Assembly (NCBI GenBank): GCA_905331295.1 | Contig: CAJNYD010000118.1 | Span: 1-34,831 of the forward strand | DNA length: 34,831 nt | DNA from: Rotaria socialis | Lineage: Eukaryota | Direction of reading: 5' to 3' | In this document: positions 11,017 through 24,378 of the stretch, in pieces | Layout of the letters: each line of letters begins with the position of its first letter | Position numbering within the stretch: position 1 is the stretch's first letter | Notes under the pieces: model-generated | Database searches by the model: none | Told to the model about the DNA's origin: nothing | The model's input: only the letters and a program-made list of their open reading frames with translations | Translations under genes and position numbers: made by a program

Positions 11017-12561
11017 ATGGACAATTCTGTCAGTGATGCAACCACATCAAAAGCAACATCGACGGCTGTTATTTCTAAATTGTCAACTGCCTTTGTTTAT
11101 GAAGATTTAGTCTTTCATGCACACGCCATTCGACAACAAAATATTGAAATTGCGACACTTATTGATAATAAATATAAAAATGACAAGAAAAAACGTAAAG
11201 AATTGAAATCTCGTTCATTAACATTTGTCGATCCCTATGGAAATCCAACAGCTAATGCATATTTCGATCATGAAACCATCAATACAATACATAGCAAGTA
11301 TAAGAAAGATTATGTTCCGAAATATTTACAAAAATGGATAAAACTTGGAAAAATGAATCAAAACGGTATTTCACCATTTAATGAAAATGAACTCAAATCG
11401 TCTGTATCCGAACATACTGATGGTTTTCGATTTATTACCTACGGCGAAGTCAACATATCGATTATATATTCTGAAAATAGACGACCTCATTCATTTATAC
11501 TGCCAGTTCTTCTGACTGAGAATATAGAAACCTTACAAGACAAATACAAAAACTTCAAAAATTAAACAATATCAAATTGAAATCACTAATTTTAAATGCA
11601 GATACTCAAATAAGTACAGCATGTTGGAATGAAGGTCAAAGACTCAAATCAGATGGCACTATCTTCTCATATAAATTATATGAAGACACTTGTATCATCA
11701 TGGTAAAAGCATTGGAAGAGGTAAATTAATAATTTCGTCTACTATTTCAGTAAAAAATAACTTTTATTTTTATAGAGCGCTTTCGGAGAAGCCTTGTTGA
11801 ATTATCAACTTTTTGTGAAAAATCTCACTGGAAAGACAATCATTATTGAAGTGAATCCTTCCATGGATATATCTACTGCCAAACAACTGATTCAAGATAT
11901 GGAAGGTATTCCTTCAGATCAACAACGTTTAATATTTGCGAGTAAAAAATTAGAAGACGAGCGAACTCTCTCCGATTACAACATCCAAAACGGGAGTATG
12001 TTTCACATAGTATTATGTTTACGCGGTGGTATGTATCATTTTACAAGTGGTCGACACGATTTTGATAAAATACCAAGCGAATCAGCCGAAGCAATAAGAA
12101 ATGTTCTTGTATTCGAATTTGAGCATACTGATCATCTTGAACATTTGGCACCGGTTGATGTACAAAATTCTGTTTTACGATCACAAGCCTTACTCTCAGA
12201 ACTACTCTCTAAAATTAAAAACTATTCCGTGTCAAGCGATGTTCCGAATTTGAAAAATATTATATTGCCAAATCTTATTGATAATGAAGATAAAGATAGT
12301 GATGATTTGTTCGATGATAAATGACAATCCTCGCTCCAAAAACAACTACGAGTATTTCAACTATTACAACATGATGTACTCAAACAATTACTTATTCAAG
12401 AAGAAGAAATGAGACAGTCAAGAAACACAACATTTATTAGCTACTATTGAAGATCGAAAAGACATTGATTGAATGGATATCATAGCTGATATACAAACTG
12501 ACTTAATCAAGACATTCCTAGGTGAAGATGCAACACACGATGAAATTCAATATGGTTTAAA
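11017..12561 (+). pseudogene. Array copy A2: frameshifted ubiquitin-domain gene, truncated before the deiodinase core
   Basis: Exon 1 (11017-11720) is 704 nt versus 705 nt in the other copies, from a 1-nt deletion near 11537; the homologous sequence resumes in another frame. Intron 11721-11775. Ubl ends LCLRGG. TGA CAA TCC at 12322. A 2-nt deletion lies near 12415. Homology stops at the donor at 12562. Confidence 0.75.
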
Positions 12562-12564
12562 GTA

Positions 12565-12896
12565 ATGATCAACTCGATTGGGGTAGCTTGTGCCACTCTC
12601 GGCAAAGATGTTTATTAGGCTACTTCAAGCATACAGAGTGTAACGACAAAACTAGAGACTGTCGCCTATGTCCGTCGACATGATGGCGTATTGTGTCATC
12701 TGACATCTCTAGTTGTCTCTCAACTTCATACATAACACACGTATATATAGGAGAGAGATAAAAGAGAGACAAGAAAGAGCTATATAAGAACAATGGAAAG
12801 AGAACAGAAAGAGAAGGAAGGAGAATCATCGGAGCGCGCCATCAATATCGGCACACCCTCCCACTCAGATCAGACGCTCTCCTGAGCGTCTTTACA
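12565..12896 (-). mobile_element. Possible LTR fragment
   Basis: On the minus strand it starts TGTAAAGAC, contains TATATA and a CT-rich tract, and has AATAAA (12611-12616). An inverted TGTAACGAC lies at 12639. No TSD found. Confidence 0.3.
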
Positions 12897-13648
12897 ATAA
12901 AAAAAAACACTCCAATGAAACAATATCGTAAGAGAATATAGAAAAAATTGATAATTTTGAACATTATCACACAATAAAAAGTCGGATACACATGACATCA
13001 ATCATTGACACTATTACAATAGCTTGAATTATTTTTATAATGCTGAAAAGAGTTCCTTTTTTCATTCCATATTCAGAGTATCTTAGCACGCCACATAAAA
13101 ACAAATTATTAATAACAAATAGCTGAACATCACAGCGATAATCGAAGAACACATTAAAGAGTTATATAAATCTATATAATATCACAAAATTCAATTTTCT
13201 AGACATTCTTCACAAAAAAAACTTTTCACATCTCTTATTTAGCTTAATCCATTGTAGCGCGTCAACTAGGTACGACAGAATAGAAAAATTAATGCACCCT
13301 CTGGGTAATGAATTAAAAAAAGAAACTTTTTCACACGTTCCATCACTTTGTCAGTTAAAAGATAATATTTTCTTTTACCGTTTGTTTTTGCTTATCTATA
13401 AATATCTGACATTCATGCGTCGTTGGGTATATAAGATAATGGATAATCAGATGAATGATGCGCAGATGATGTATTGATGATAAATGAAATGATATTGCTT
13501 GCGGCAATTGTGTGATTAAAATTCAGTGTCATCTATCCCACTTTGTTTTCTTCTTTTACGTTGTTGTCGAGGCGAATAATGTTCATTTTCAATTGCACTC
13601 CAGATGTTGTTAACGATTGCTACTTCACACGCTTCACAGCAGTTGATA

Positions 13649-15999
13649 CCCAAGACACTCGATCCTGCCTCCGGATCCTGCCGGAACCCATCGGAACCAG
13701 CACCGGATCACTCCAGAAGCCGGCACCTTTCCCACTCAAATCTGGCAGGATCCGACAGGGATTTCGCCGGAATCTCTGCTCCCGGAATCCGGGCCGGAAA
13801 TCAAAGGAAAATGATCCGGTCGTTTCCTGCCGGATAACACAGCCGAACATTGTCGAAACCGATCGACGCCGACTACCGGATGATGCCGGGTTCACAAGGG
13901 TTTCACCACATATTTCGCCGGATTCCATCAGATTCCCGTGACAAGGACCACATAAAGAATCTCTCATAAAAGCGTTCTTCAATCACAAGATGGATCAACT
14001 GTACTCTTCAAGAAAACGCACAGCACCCCCCACAGCGAACACTATGAGAAAACTTGTAACCCAGAACGAACAACATCTGACTCACCTATATACACCCTTT
14101 GAATGATCCAGAACCATCCTACAATACATCGTATTCATTAAACTAATTATAAACTCGTTTACTGCGTCATCTTCTTGCATTTCCGTTTTTGGAAACATCG
14201 CTCCTAACATCATTTTGAACCGATCGAAATAATTAACAATTCCTGGAAAATCCTTCTAAATATCATTCCGGAACGTCACCACCATTTTTTTCATCAATAA
14301 ATATCATTCTAAACACATTTAAAGAGTCGTCCTTTCGCACACTAATTCAGCGAAAATCGCTCCAAACATCATTTTGCACCCATCGAAATCGTTGATAATT
14401 CACGGAAATTGGATCTGAATGAAACTCCAGGCCGCTCATCACTAACTTTTTCATGCAGTATTAACATTTTAAAAGTAAAAAACCAGGGATCTTATTCATC
14501 AAAACTTTTAAAAAAATTACACCACGCATCATTTTCCATCAACCCAAATATGGCATCAGTCGTAATGAATCGTTCAGATAATCATTCTCGATGGTTCCAA
14601 CTTACCTTTTCTTCATTAAACACGATTCTAAGCATCTTTCATTACAGAACTAACCGCACTTTCCTTCGACGAAAATCACTCCACAGCTTAACCTCGACTT
14701 ATCGAAAAATTCACTAAGATACGGAGATTCAGTCAGACAACGATTCTAGGTGTTTCGAACTTATCTTTTCTTCATGAAACAGAATTCTAAGCATCTTTCA
14801 TTACGGTTGCAGCCATAGTTTCGTTCGACGAAAATCACTCCACAGCTGAACGTGGACTTATCGAAAAATTCACTAGGATATTGAGAATCGTTCAGATAAT
14901 CATTCTCGATGGTTCCAACTTACCTTTTCTTCATTAAGCACGATTCTAAGCATCTTTCATTACGGAACTAACCGCACTTTCCTTCGACGAAAATCACTCC
15001 ACAGCTTAACCTGAACTTGTCGAAAAATTGACTAAGACATTGAGAATCGTTGAGATGAGCATTCTCGATGGTCCGAGCATAGCCTTTTTGCATGGAACAG
15101 GATTTTGAGCGACGCTCGAAAGCGGTTTGATGGGATGGTGAATTTTAATATTATGTGTAAGCAACATTGGAGCGTCCGCAAAAGCGTTTGTTGGTGATTT
15201 GAAATGATGCTTTTGGCGTTGTCAGACGGAGGAAGCACGTGTGTAACATGTTTTAAATTTTATCGAATTGCATAGAGGAAGAAGAGTCTGTGTACATGGG
15301 AAGCTTTGCTTGCCCGGAGTAGTCATTAATGGTTGTGGATTTGGGATTTGACGAGGAGTGGGGCGTAGAATTAAGTTATACTGACTGGAGTTATGATAAA
15401 CGAGTTGAGTGATATTCGTTCGGGTGGATAACTTCGTGTAGGATTAGTAAATACTTATTCATGTTGCTCATGTAGACTGATGGTTTGTATGTAAGCTATT
15501 GGATGAACGATAATTTTTGATTCGTGCTTTTCATCGGTTTTGTGAGCTGTTAACTACGGGTCGGAATGGATTATAGGATCTTCTTTTAGCATCTGGTAAT
15601 TAGTTGTAGATATTGTCTGTCAGATCTGTGCTTTTGTAAGTTGCATAACCCGGTGAGTAGAACCGTTCGGTTCTGATATGATCCGATTGGTTCCGGTGAG
15701 ACTGATTAAGCTGCATCTACCATGAAATCTAGCGTCATGCGCCACGGCGGCTTCCGGTAAAGTTTCGTCACCGGATATTGTGGGATCACGTCGTATACGG
15801 CCAAATCGTATTATATGACCTGATATTTTCCGGCAATGTAAATCTGGCCGGTTCTCGGAGAATCTGGCCACCAGATTTCATAAGAAAACAAAGAAAATCG
15901 TCGGAATTCACCAGAAATTAGCCAAACGAATCCGGTCACCATGTGACATCGGAATTATAACCCGTCCGACAAGAACCGACTGATCGATAATGACCTGGG
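13649..15999. mobile_element. Non-autonomous DNA transposon with CCC...GGG termini (CMC/EnSpm-like, tentative)
   Basis: Imperfect TIRs CCCAAGACACTCGATC / GATCGATAATGACCTGGG, flanked by ATA on both sides. Both ends have GC- and CCGG-rich subterminal regions. No transposase ORF. Confidence 0.6.
14568..15085. repeat. 159-bp tandem repeat, ~3.3 copies, inside the transposon
   Basis: Units start at ~14568, 14727, 14886 and 15045. They share ATTCTAAGCATCTTTCATTAC and TTCGACGAAAATCACTCCACAGCT. Units 1 and 3 are nearly identical. Confidence 0.85.
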
Positions 16000-16277
16000 A
16001 TACTACAAATACTTGATGAAAGTTTTACACATTAAATATCATTCTAACAAAAAATATATAGAAAGCTTCCATAAATTGACTGTCATTGAGCGCCCTCTTT
16101 TCATTTATTCTCTACGAAAAAGGTTGAAGTATTCTATATAGTAAACAATTCAGAATTTTCTATATTTTTTTAATTAAAAAAACAATTTCTTTATTATGAT
16201 GTTTTAAAAGCATAATGTCATCTTATCTTATTTATCTCGTAATAATCATTATTATGATTCTATATGGTAATTACATA

Positions 16278-16512
16278 GGGGTCAAACAGACCAAAAAAAT
16301 AAAACAGAATTAAGCAACATGATTGGTTAATTCACGCTTGAGTCATCTTTTTGAGACGATTTGGTGGTTAATTCTGTTTTATTTTTTCGGTCTGTTTGGG
16401 GCCTTAATAATTTATTAACCAATAATTCATCTTAAAAGCGCGATGAATTAAAACTGAATTAATCAATCATGTTGCTTAATTCAGTATTATTTTTTCTAGT
16501 CTGTTTGACCCC
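16278..16512. mobile_element. MITE (Tourist/Harbinger-like, tentative) with an extra internal TIR copy
   Basis: TIRs GGGGTCAAACAGAC / GTCTGTTTGACCCC extend imperfectly to ~55 bp and are flanked by ATA on both sides. A third TIR-like copy lies at ~16365-16403. Confidence 0.7.
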
Positions 16513-19500
16513 ATAGCGATTATCCTCGATCTCGATCACAATCGGATAATCTCGTTGATAATAAGAATATTGAAAGAATGTCTAAAGGTCTACAAAAGTT
16601 GTTGTTGATGATGATTCAAAATATTCTCACTTATTTTATTAAAATTTCTTCGTATTTAACGTATTCAAGAATTCTGAAGTCTATCTTGAAAAACCTGTTA
16701 GTAGAAAGGTAATTAAAGTATTTTTGATTTCTGTTCAAAGTTATAATGAGTCTTTCTTTCTTCAATATTATTCAGATTTTTATAAAAATTAGCTTAATCA
16801 GTATTTAATGTACTGTTCGAATAATTAAAAACACATGTTCTTTGTATCATCTTTTATTTTTTTTTACAGATTCAGCGAAACTATTTTATCTGAACTCGTT
16901 CGTTACATGAAATTAATTCAATATCTAATGCTCAATGAATGCTAACGAAATTAGAATAAAACCAGTGCTTTACTTGTATATATATATTGTTTTTTGTTTA
17001 AGATTTGCTGAATGGTTATTTGAATCTTAAAATGAAATGTAGAAAAATATGATGTTCAAAGACAATTACTTGTCGATGCATTTCGTTATAATATTCAAAA
17101 TGAACATGAAATGTTATGTTTAACTAATCATATTCAACACAATGTAAATGAACAAATAAAAGCCGTCTTCAATCAGTGGTTTATCTGCAGTATGAATAGT
17201 TCTTATTATTACACATACGATTATTAATCTTTCGAATATTTATCCTCAGATATTTCGAGAGATTTTTATTACATATATTTTAAAAGAAAAATATTTTTAT
17301 AAATCTTTTTCTGTTGAAAGACATTGTTGATATTCTTATCGGTTAATATAATTGAATCATTACCTACTAATTGTATTCTTGAATATACAACTCAAGTATT
17401 ACATAAACTGCGTCCATTTTGGATGAAACAAATTGCTATTAGAAAATTTTATTGAAAATGTTGATAATCATCGAATGATGAATAAATGAAAATTTCGTCT
17501 TGTTGTTGATAGAAGTTGACCATTTCTTTCTGTTTTTTCAGCACTTTGAACATCAAAAATAAAGTAATGATGATAATTTTGTTTCGTTTTTAGAGACAAA
17601 ATTCTTGTTTTATATAAGTAAATATTCAGAAAGGAAGACTATATACTCTATTGTTTTATTACATATTGCTATGTCATAGAAAAATAAAAACGGTCTTTTA
17701 TTCAAAAATATTCGACATAATTTCTATGAGGCTAACATGAAAAAAGGAATCGGAGATACTTCGATAGTCATTAGCATAACTATTGATCTCCTAGAAGAGG
17801 CGAAAAGTCTTCAAAATTGTTAACTAAGTATATCATCGTTTGTGGTAATCTTTTAATCATGGTTTATAGAGAAAAAGGTTGCCATATATTTTCTAAATTA
17901 TTCACACAAATACTTCGTTTCATATCGATGGCATGGCTATTAATCCTCAACAATTAATAGAGATGATGTGAGATATGATGCATGTCTCACTCGACAAAAA
18001 ACAAGATTGTCTTCCGCATTCTTCTTCTTCTTCATTTTTCAATGTAATTCTGTCTTCCTAAATATGCTCATTTTTTGTTGTTAATACAAAGAAAAAAAAG
18101 CATCGATATAATGATTCAATGATTATGATTTTTACCTATTTCTTAATTCAGTTCTTTTTTTTCAGAACTTTTACTATTATCTTTCATGTACTTTTCGACG
18201 ATTTTGCTTCAACATCAATTTTATTTCTAATTAAATATGCGGATGATTTCTTACAAAAACATTTACATACAACAACCATAATCAAATAAGATAAATTATT
18301 TGATGTTTAGTTAAACATGTTAAACACAGCTACTTGTATTATATTTTCACCATGTCATAAAAAACTTCAAAAATATATATTTGATTTTATTATTTAACAA
18401 ACTATCCTTCATATACACAATTGGCTATATGAAGCAGATGTTAATTTACTTTGTTTAATTATGAAAGTTATTCAATTAGTTTATCATGATTCGTGCGAAA
18501 CATTAGCTAATTTAATGTGAGGAAAATTCATGTATACATAACTTTATCGATTTTTATATTCAAATTTAGTAAAATAGTGATTAATTTTTTGTTCTATTTA
18601 CGTTTTTTCAGCTTATTCAAAATATTTTACAATTCTTTAATTGTTGTCTTTTTAAAATACAAAAACTTTTCAGTTGTTCAAAAAATTTATCAAGCTGTTT
18701 TAGCTGATACAACATAAAATCTTCATGTATTTTAAAATTTTCTACAATGAAACTCACCTATCATCGATAATGAAATATTATTATCTCTAATAATTAGTAA
18801 TTTCAATGAAGATGATGCAGAAGCAATACTTATTTTTAATTGTAGTACTTTATATCAAATTGAAAATATAAAAGAAAACTTCATTAGGATGCGTTGTTAG
18901 AATGATTTTATTATTAAATTATAAATTATTAAATATAGATATATGCACTTTCACCATCACTTTTTAATTATTAAACATCTTCAATTAATAAATTAGACAT
19001 TAGCTCAGCAATACCCCGCTATTTATTATGATATGTTTAAAACTTTTTATTTTGATTGTGCAGCGTTAGCCATTAATTTAAAATGATATTATTTTTATAA
19101 ATAATTATTTTGGATATTAACATTTTATTTACAATTCAGATTTAAAAAACAAATACAAATAGTGTAATGAGCTTAATAAATTTAACAAAAGATAATTTTG
19201 AAGATTTACTTAAATTTCATCATCTTCTTATTGTTAAAAGTCATTTTAGTTGTCATGATACACAAAGTTAGAGAATTCTTTAAAAATGTAATGAATATTT
19301 TTTTTATGTTATTTAGAAAATTAATATTGAGTTGATTTGCGAAAATTATTAATCCATTATCATAAGAAGATAATAGATTATTTACGTTACTTTTTCTACG
19401 TAAATTATTTCATGCTACTATTGATGTAAGTAAAAAGAGGATATTAGTGTCAGACTATATAAAACGAATAGACGATAGATTAATAATTTCTAAGACTTGA

Positions 19501-19989
19501 TAGAAATTCATAGTGGCTTTGAACATTATGCATTAGCGTTAAGTTCAAATTGTCAATTAAGGTTTTGGGACTATATGCAACTTCTCTGGTGTCTTGGAAT
19601 TGACTAGTTAAGCTTTGGTAATAGTGAAAATTGGCCATAATGCACTGGTTGTTAGAGAAAAAAAGTCATTTTTTCTCGATACATCGACGATTTAAACATT
19701 CTAAAATAGTCTATATAGTTGTGATGATACTGTTTCTTTTATCTTGTATCAGAGATATCCATCGCAACTGAAAACTTGCTATGATACACATATCTACCTT
19801 GTGTATTTCTAAAAGTTTCGAGATATTATGATTGTTTTTTAATGCTCATCATGAAACAAAACTACTTACTTCAATTTTGTTTTAACAAGTTAACACTAAC
19901 CTTCATCGAGGAAGTATAAAAACATCAATTGAAAAAAATTTGGAAGAACTTTTCGAATATTTCCTCAGAATACATAAAAGGAATAATAG

Positions 19990-20770
19990 CAGATGTCTCA
20001 AGATGTTTGCACACTTATTATTTTGCATGTATCTCAGCATGGATCTCAGCATGGATAAATGATAGAATCTTGATTTTTTTTTCAAAAGATGTGTTATGAA
20101 AAGCTCTACAAAAAATGCCCGAGCAAGTCCCTATTAACGTGTTCTGATGATTTTTCCTTATACTCAAAATGAAACACACATTTTAGTGCTACTTTCTACT
20201 ATCTTTAGCATAAAAAAGGTCTTCCAACCTTTTTTTATATTGAAATAAGAATTTGTGCAGACAACTTTTGTAGAGCTTTCAACGTCGCATATTTTGAAAA
20301 AAAAACAAGGTGATATCATTTTTTGAAGACAAGATACACGCAAAATAAAAAAAAGTTTTTCAAATATGTTTATCATATTAAATACGGTGAAAAGTAGCAT
20401 TACCATGTAACATTTTCTATTTCGAGTATGGAAAAACTATCAGAATAAGTCAATGAGGATTTGTTTTTATAGTTTTTGTAGAGCTTTTCATCGAGCATCT
20501 TTGGAAAAGAAAACCAAGATTTTATCATTTGTCTATGCAGAGATATTCGCAAAACAAACTATGTTGTACACATTTTGGAACATCTGGTAGCAATGTCATG
20601 AGAGACCATCACTTTTAATCATCTAGAAAAACCATCAGAGCAAGTCGATATAGATTTGTTCGTACAGCTTTTGTAGAACTTTCGACCGTACATCTTTTGA
20701 AAAAAAATCAAGATTTTATCATTTATTCATGTTCAGATATATACAAAATAAAATGTGCAAGCACTTTGGG
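19990..20770. repeat. Cluster of diverged ~190-bp repeats in inverted and direct orientation
   Basis: TTTTGTAGAGCTTT-type cores lie at ~20266, 20475 and 20669, with ...CAAGATTTTATCATTT after the last two. The reverse complement (ATGATAGAATCTTG...AAAGCTCTACAAAA) lies at ~20058-20114. Confidence 0.65.
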
Positions 20771-21812
20771 ATTCCTGGTATATCTTCAAAGAAGACTAAC
20801 TATCTGGAGATCAACATCGTTTATTAAGTTATAAATGATTACTAAATTTTGAACATAATGTATTGATTTGGTATATTAAAAATTTATATACAAAAATACC
20901 TGTTTTTAATTAAATTCTAGATCTATTTTTAGACTATATGGAAATGTGTCTAATTTTGTGTAATGAATGAATTAAAACTGTCATTTCGAAAATCACGCGA
21001 AACATTCTGTAGCACTCGAAGGTAAAATACAAAACTTCTTTTATATTTTTCAGAAGAGTCGAACGTTTTATCAACAATAGCTTGTTGTAGAGAAACTTTA
21101 GTTTTTCTCTTAGTCCATTGATAACAATATCAAAAAAAAGTAGAAACATCTGCATCAGAAAAAATGAATCATTCTTCAATGCCATCATCCATAACAAACT
21201 TTTTCGTAACATCATCATTATCATCAAGTGATATACTTCTTTCAACGGTTAAAAATAAGTGATGACCGTCTTTTATTAGAATTAACGGAAGTGCTTGAAA
21301 AATATATGTATAATGCATATGAACAAGTAGCACTGCCACTTTCGCTAATTACCTTAAGTAATTGTTAACTTTTATCTTTTAATTTAATAAACTTATTTTC
21401 ATCACACTGTTAAATTCGTTTTTATTATAAATAAATCTTCATGTTTTCAATGGCCTAATCGTTTCATATTTTAATTATCTTAAACGCTATATGAAGTAAT
21501 CGATATAAATCATCAATACGAACTTTTCCTTTAGATGATTAATTTAACCAAACCCATCAAGAAATTATTTGAAGGGTATGATCTATCAATGGATGGTAAA
21601 TTACATAAAATTCAAAATATAATAAAAACGAAATAAGAGCCATTTATCACCATTTTTGCAAGAAATATACTTGATTTTGAGTGACAATTAGCATTAATTC
21701 TAGTATTTATCCAACATAAGAAACATCAGATATGCGTATTCGAATGAAAAGATCGATCAACTTCTACTTCAGACATGTATCATTAACAATTAATAAAATT
21801 GTAGTTTTTTTA

Positions 21813-22514
21813 GTACATGGTCAATTCATATGCAATCAATGTACTGTTTTTAATACGGCAGAAAGAGATGATTGGTTGAAGCATGTACGAAAATATCATT
21901 ACTCAGCATTCGTCCGTTTAGTCCGGGAGAGAGAAGGTTGTCCAACGGCTCTTAATGATCAACCACTTGCCAATATATCAGACAATGAAGTAATATGAAT
22001 GCTTAAAACATTTTAATAAAAAAAGTGCTTGGATATTTTTTGTATCGTTTAGGATGATGATGATGATGATGATGAAACGGCTAATATTGGTACACCACGT
22101 TTTGAATTTGATGCTTTAACAGCTAGCACAGATTCACATCGTCTTCCTTCTCAACGACGATTTCAACCAAGTCGTCCAGCATCGGGTGCAATTCCACGTG
22201 ATTTTATTCCTCAACGTCAGTTTCAACCAAATTGTCCACCACCTAATATAAATCAATATTGTTTTATTCCTCAACAACAATTTCAACCAAATCATGCGAC
22301 AACAGGTACAATTCCACGTGATTTTATTTCTCAACAATTGGAACAAAATCATCATGCAACAGCAAGCACATATCCAGGTGATTTTATTTCTCAACAACAA
22401 TTGCAGTTTGGTAATACAACAGCTGATCCACTTCAACAATCTCAAGTTCGTGATAAGACTATCAAGAAAGTTGGGAAATGTTTTCTCCCTGCGTTTATGA
22501 GACTTTCTGAATAA
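21813..22514 (+). pseudogene. Gene fragment: C2H2-type zinc-finger exon plus acidic / Q-P-rich repeat exon
   Basis: HGQFICNQCTVFNTAERDDWLKHVRKYH (C-x2-C-x13-H-x4-H). A GT-AG intron (21990-22052) joins it in frame to DDDDDDDE...(DFIPQxQFQPN)n. The 5' structure is unclear. Confidence 0.5.
22140..22420 (+). repeat. 60-bp (20-codon) coding tandem repeat, ~4.5 copies
   Basis: TTTTATT(C/T)CTCAAC recurs at about 22202, 22262, 22322 and 22382. The frame stays open throughout. Confidence 0.8.
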
Positions 22515-22695
22515 AACCTAGCGAAAGTTATGCTTTTTTTGAACTGAACGAGTTCAACTACATAGTTTTTTTTAGAAAAGAAAAATTTCGTTATCTAAAT
22601 GTTTTCTCCTCGTCATTAGGCAATGCACGATAGAAAAGAAAATTGTTAATAAAAATATGATCATCATTGACCTGTCGTGTCATTATACATATTGA

Positions 22696-22813
22696 CTGAA
22701 ACAGACTAGACGAATTAAAAGTGAATTAACAAAGGTGATTAGTGTTGTTATTACGTAGAAACACGAATCACATCTCTTAATTCACATTGTTGAATTCGTC
22801 TAGTCTGTTTCGG
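22696..22813. mobile_element. Small hairpin MITE related to the 16278 element
   Basis: GAAACAGACTAGACGAATT...AATTCGTCTAGTCTGTTTC; the inner arms also pair. Confidence 0.55.
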
Positions 22814-23556
22814 ATAATATTCTATTCTATAAATGTCACCGTCTTCTTTTGACATTTCTCATTGTTATCGTGAAGCATTTATATATATAACTATACAGTC
22901 TAGGAAATAAGTCGAATATGTCAGAAAAAGAGGTAGTTATTGATCAAGCAATAGGTTTTATATTTGCCATCTTAACTACTTATATATATATTTCTTTTTA
23001 TAGGTTTCACAAACTGAACGGAAAGCACAAATGATGAAACTTGTGAATGATTTACTAGCAAACATCATTACGAACGAAGAATATATGAATGCTATGGCCC
23101 AACTTGTGTTTAAATGACAATAAAAACATAAACTGATAAATTTTTGTCTATGTTGAATGGCGTTGTCAAAACTTGAAATTTTTCTTTCTTTGACTCATTC
23201 AGGCTCATTCTCAGATATATATTTTTTTCTTTCGTTATGCGTAAATAAAACTTTTTGTATTCATCATCGTGTAAACTTTTATTTATCTTTGGTTATTATA
23301 AAAGACTTTTCATCTTATTTCCGATGTCTTCTATTATTACTCATCCATGAATAGTCGTGATCGATTCATCTATCTCATTTGCATATGGTGAAAAATCTTC
23401 ATCACCTATTACCATTAATGATTCATATTCTTGACTTGAAAATTCTGATTCTCAAGTAACAACTCAATTTGTTTCAGATCAAAATGTAATTAGTCAACTT
23501 TATTTAAATAAAACTTTATATCGAACAACATTTTTTGGATGGATGGGCGTGCCTAT

Positions 23557-24378
23557 CAGAGCTCCGCGTGGGATGGGATGGGACACAAAAAATCATCGAA
23601 TGGACAAATTATTGAAATCAGTCCCATGGGATGGGATAAGTAAAAAAAAGTTGTACCACCATGGGATGGGATGGGACGAAACATTTTCCGTCCCATCCCA
23701 TCCCATGGAACGTCTGAAATGTCAAATTTTTCTGTAAGATGTCACATTTCATGATTTTATTAAAATGAAGCTGAGAGTTTGAATTTCTGTTCTTTTTGCA
23801 TATTACAATAATGCCATCATCCTGGTTATAAATACAGTATTTTTAAAAGTAGAGAAAAGAAGTAGTAAATGAGAAAGGAAAATATTTCATTGAATACAAA
23901 AACAACTGGAAATAAATAAATAAAAGTATAAAGTTTCAGTGTCAAATCGTTGTACAAGTTTCATATTTTCTATGGAACGAACTATTCTAAGACATTTCAC
24001 CAGCTATAAGCCACAATAACTAAATCAATTGTTACTGTTACAATAGATGAAATTGCATTTTTTCTCTATGCGTAGGTTCATTATTTTTTTGTTGTACATT
24101 GAATCGAAATGGCTGCACTACTTGATCACGTATAATTTGTATTTTTAACTATTTTTCTCACACAGTTGGATGCGACATCTATATTGAAAAGACTATACAG
24201 TTTTTACTAAAAAGAATAGATTCATATAATATTTCTTCGTCCCATGAGACGTGGGTTGCGACGACTCAATAAAATTTTCGCCCCATCTCATCCCATGAAA
24301 TAAAAATAAAAAGTTTCCATCCAATGGGACGAATGGGATCGGATGGGATGGGATTCTCCCATCCCACGCGGAGCTCTG
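23557..24378. mobile_element. Non-autonomous hAT-type transposon (822 bp)
   Basis: Perfect TIR CAGAGCTCCGCGTGGGATGGGA / TCCCATCCCACGCGGAGCTCTG, 8-bp TSD GTGCCTAT (23549-23556, 24379-24386), and TGGGA subterminal repeats. Confidence 0.9.

Noticed and set aside
13543..13982. Three overlapping ORFs in a GC-rich patch
   Set aside because: They are a by-product of the GC-rich transposon subterminal repeats and have no protein features.
22140..22420. Regularly spaced repeats as a CRISPR array (also 14568-15085)
   Set aside because: The context is eukaryotic, the 'spacers' are homologous to each other, and there are no cas genes.
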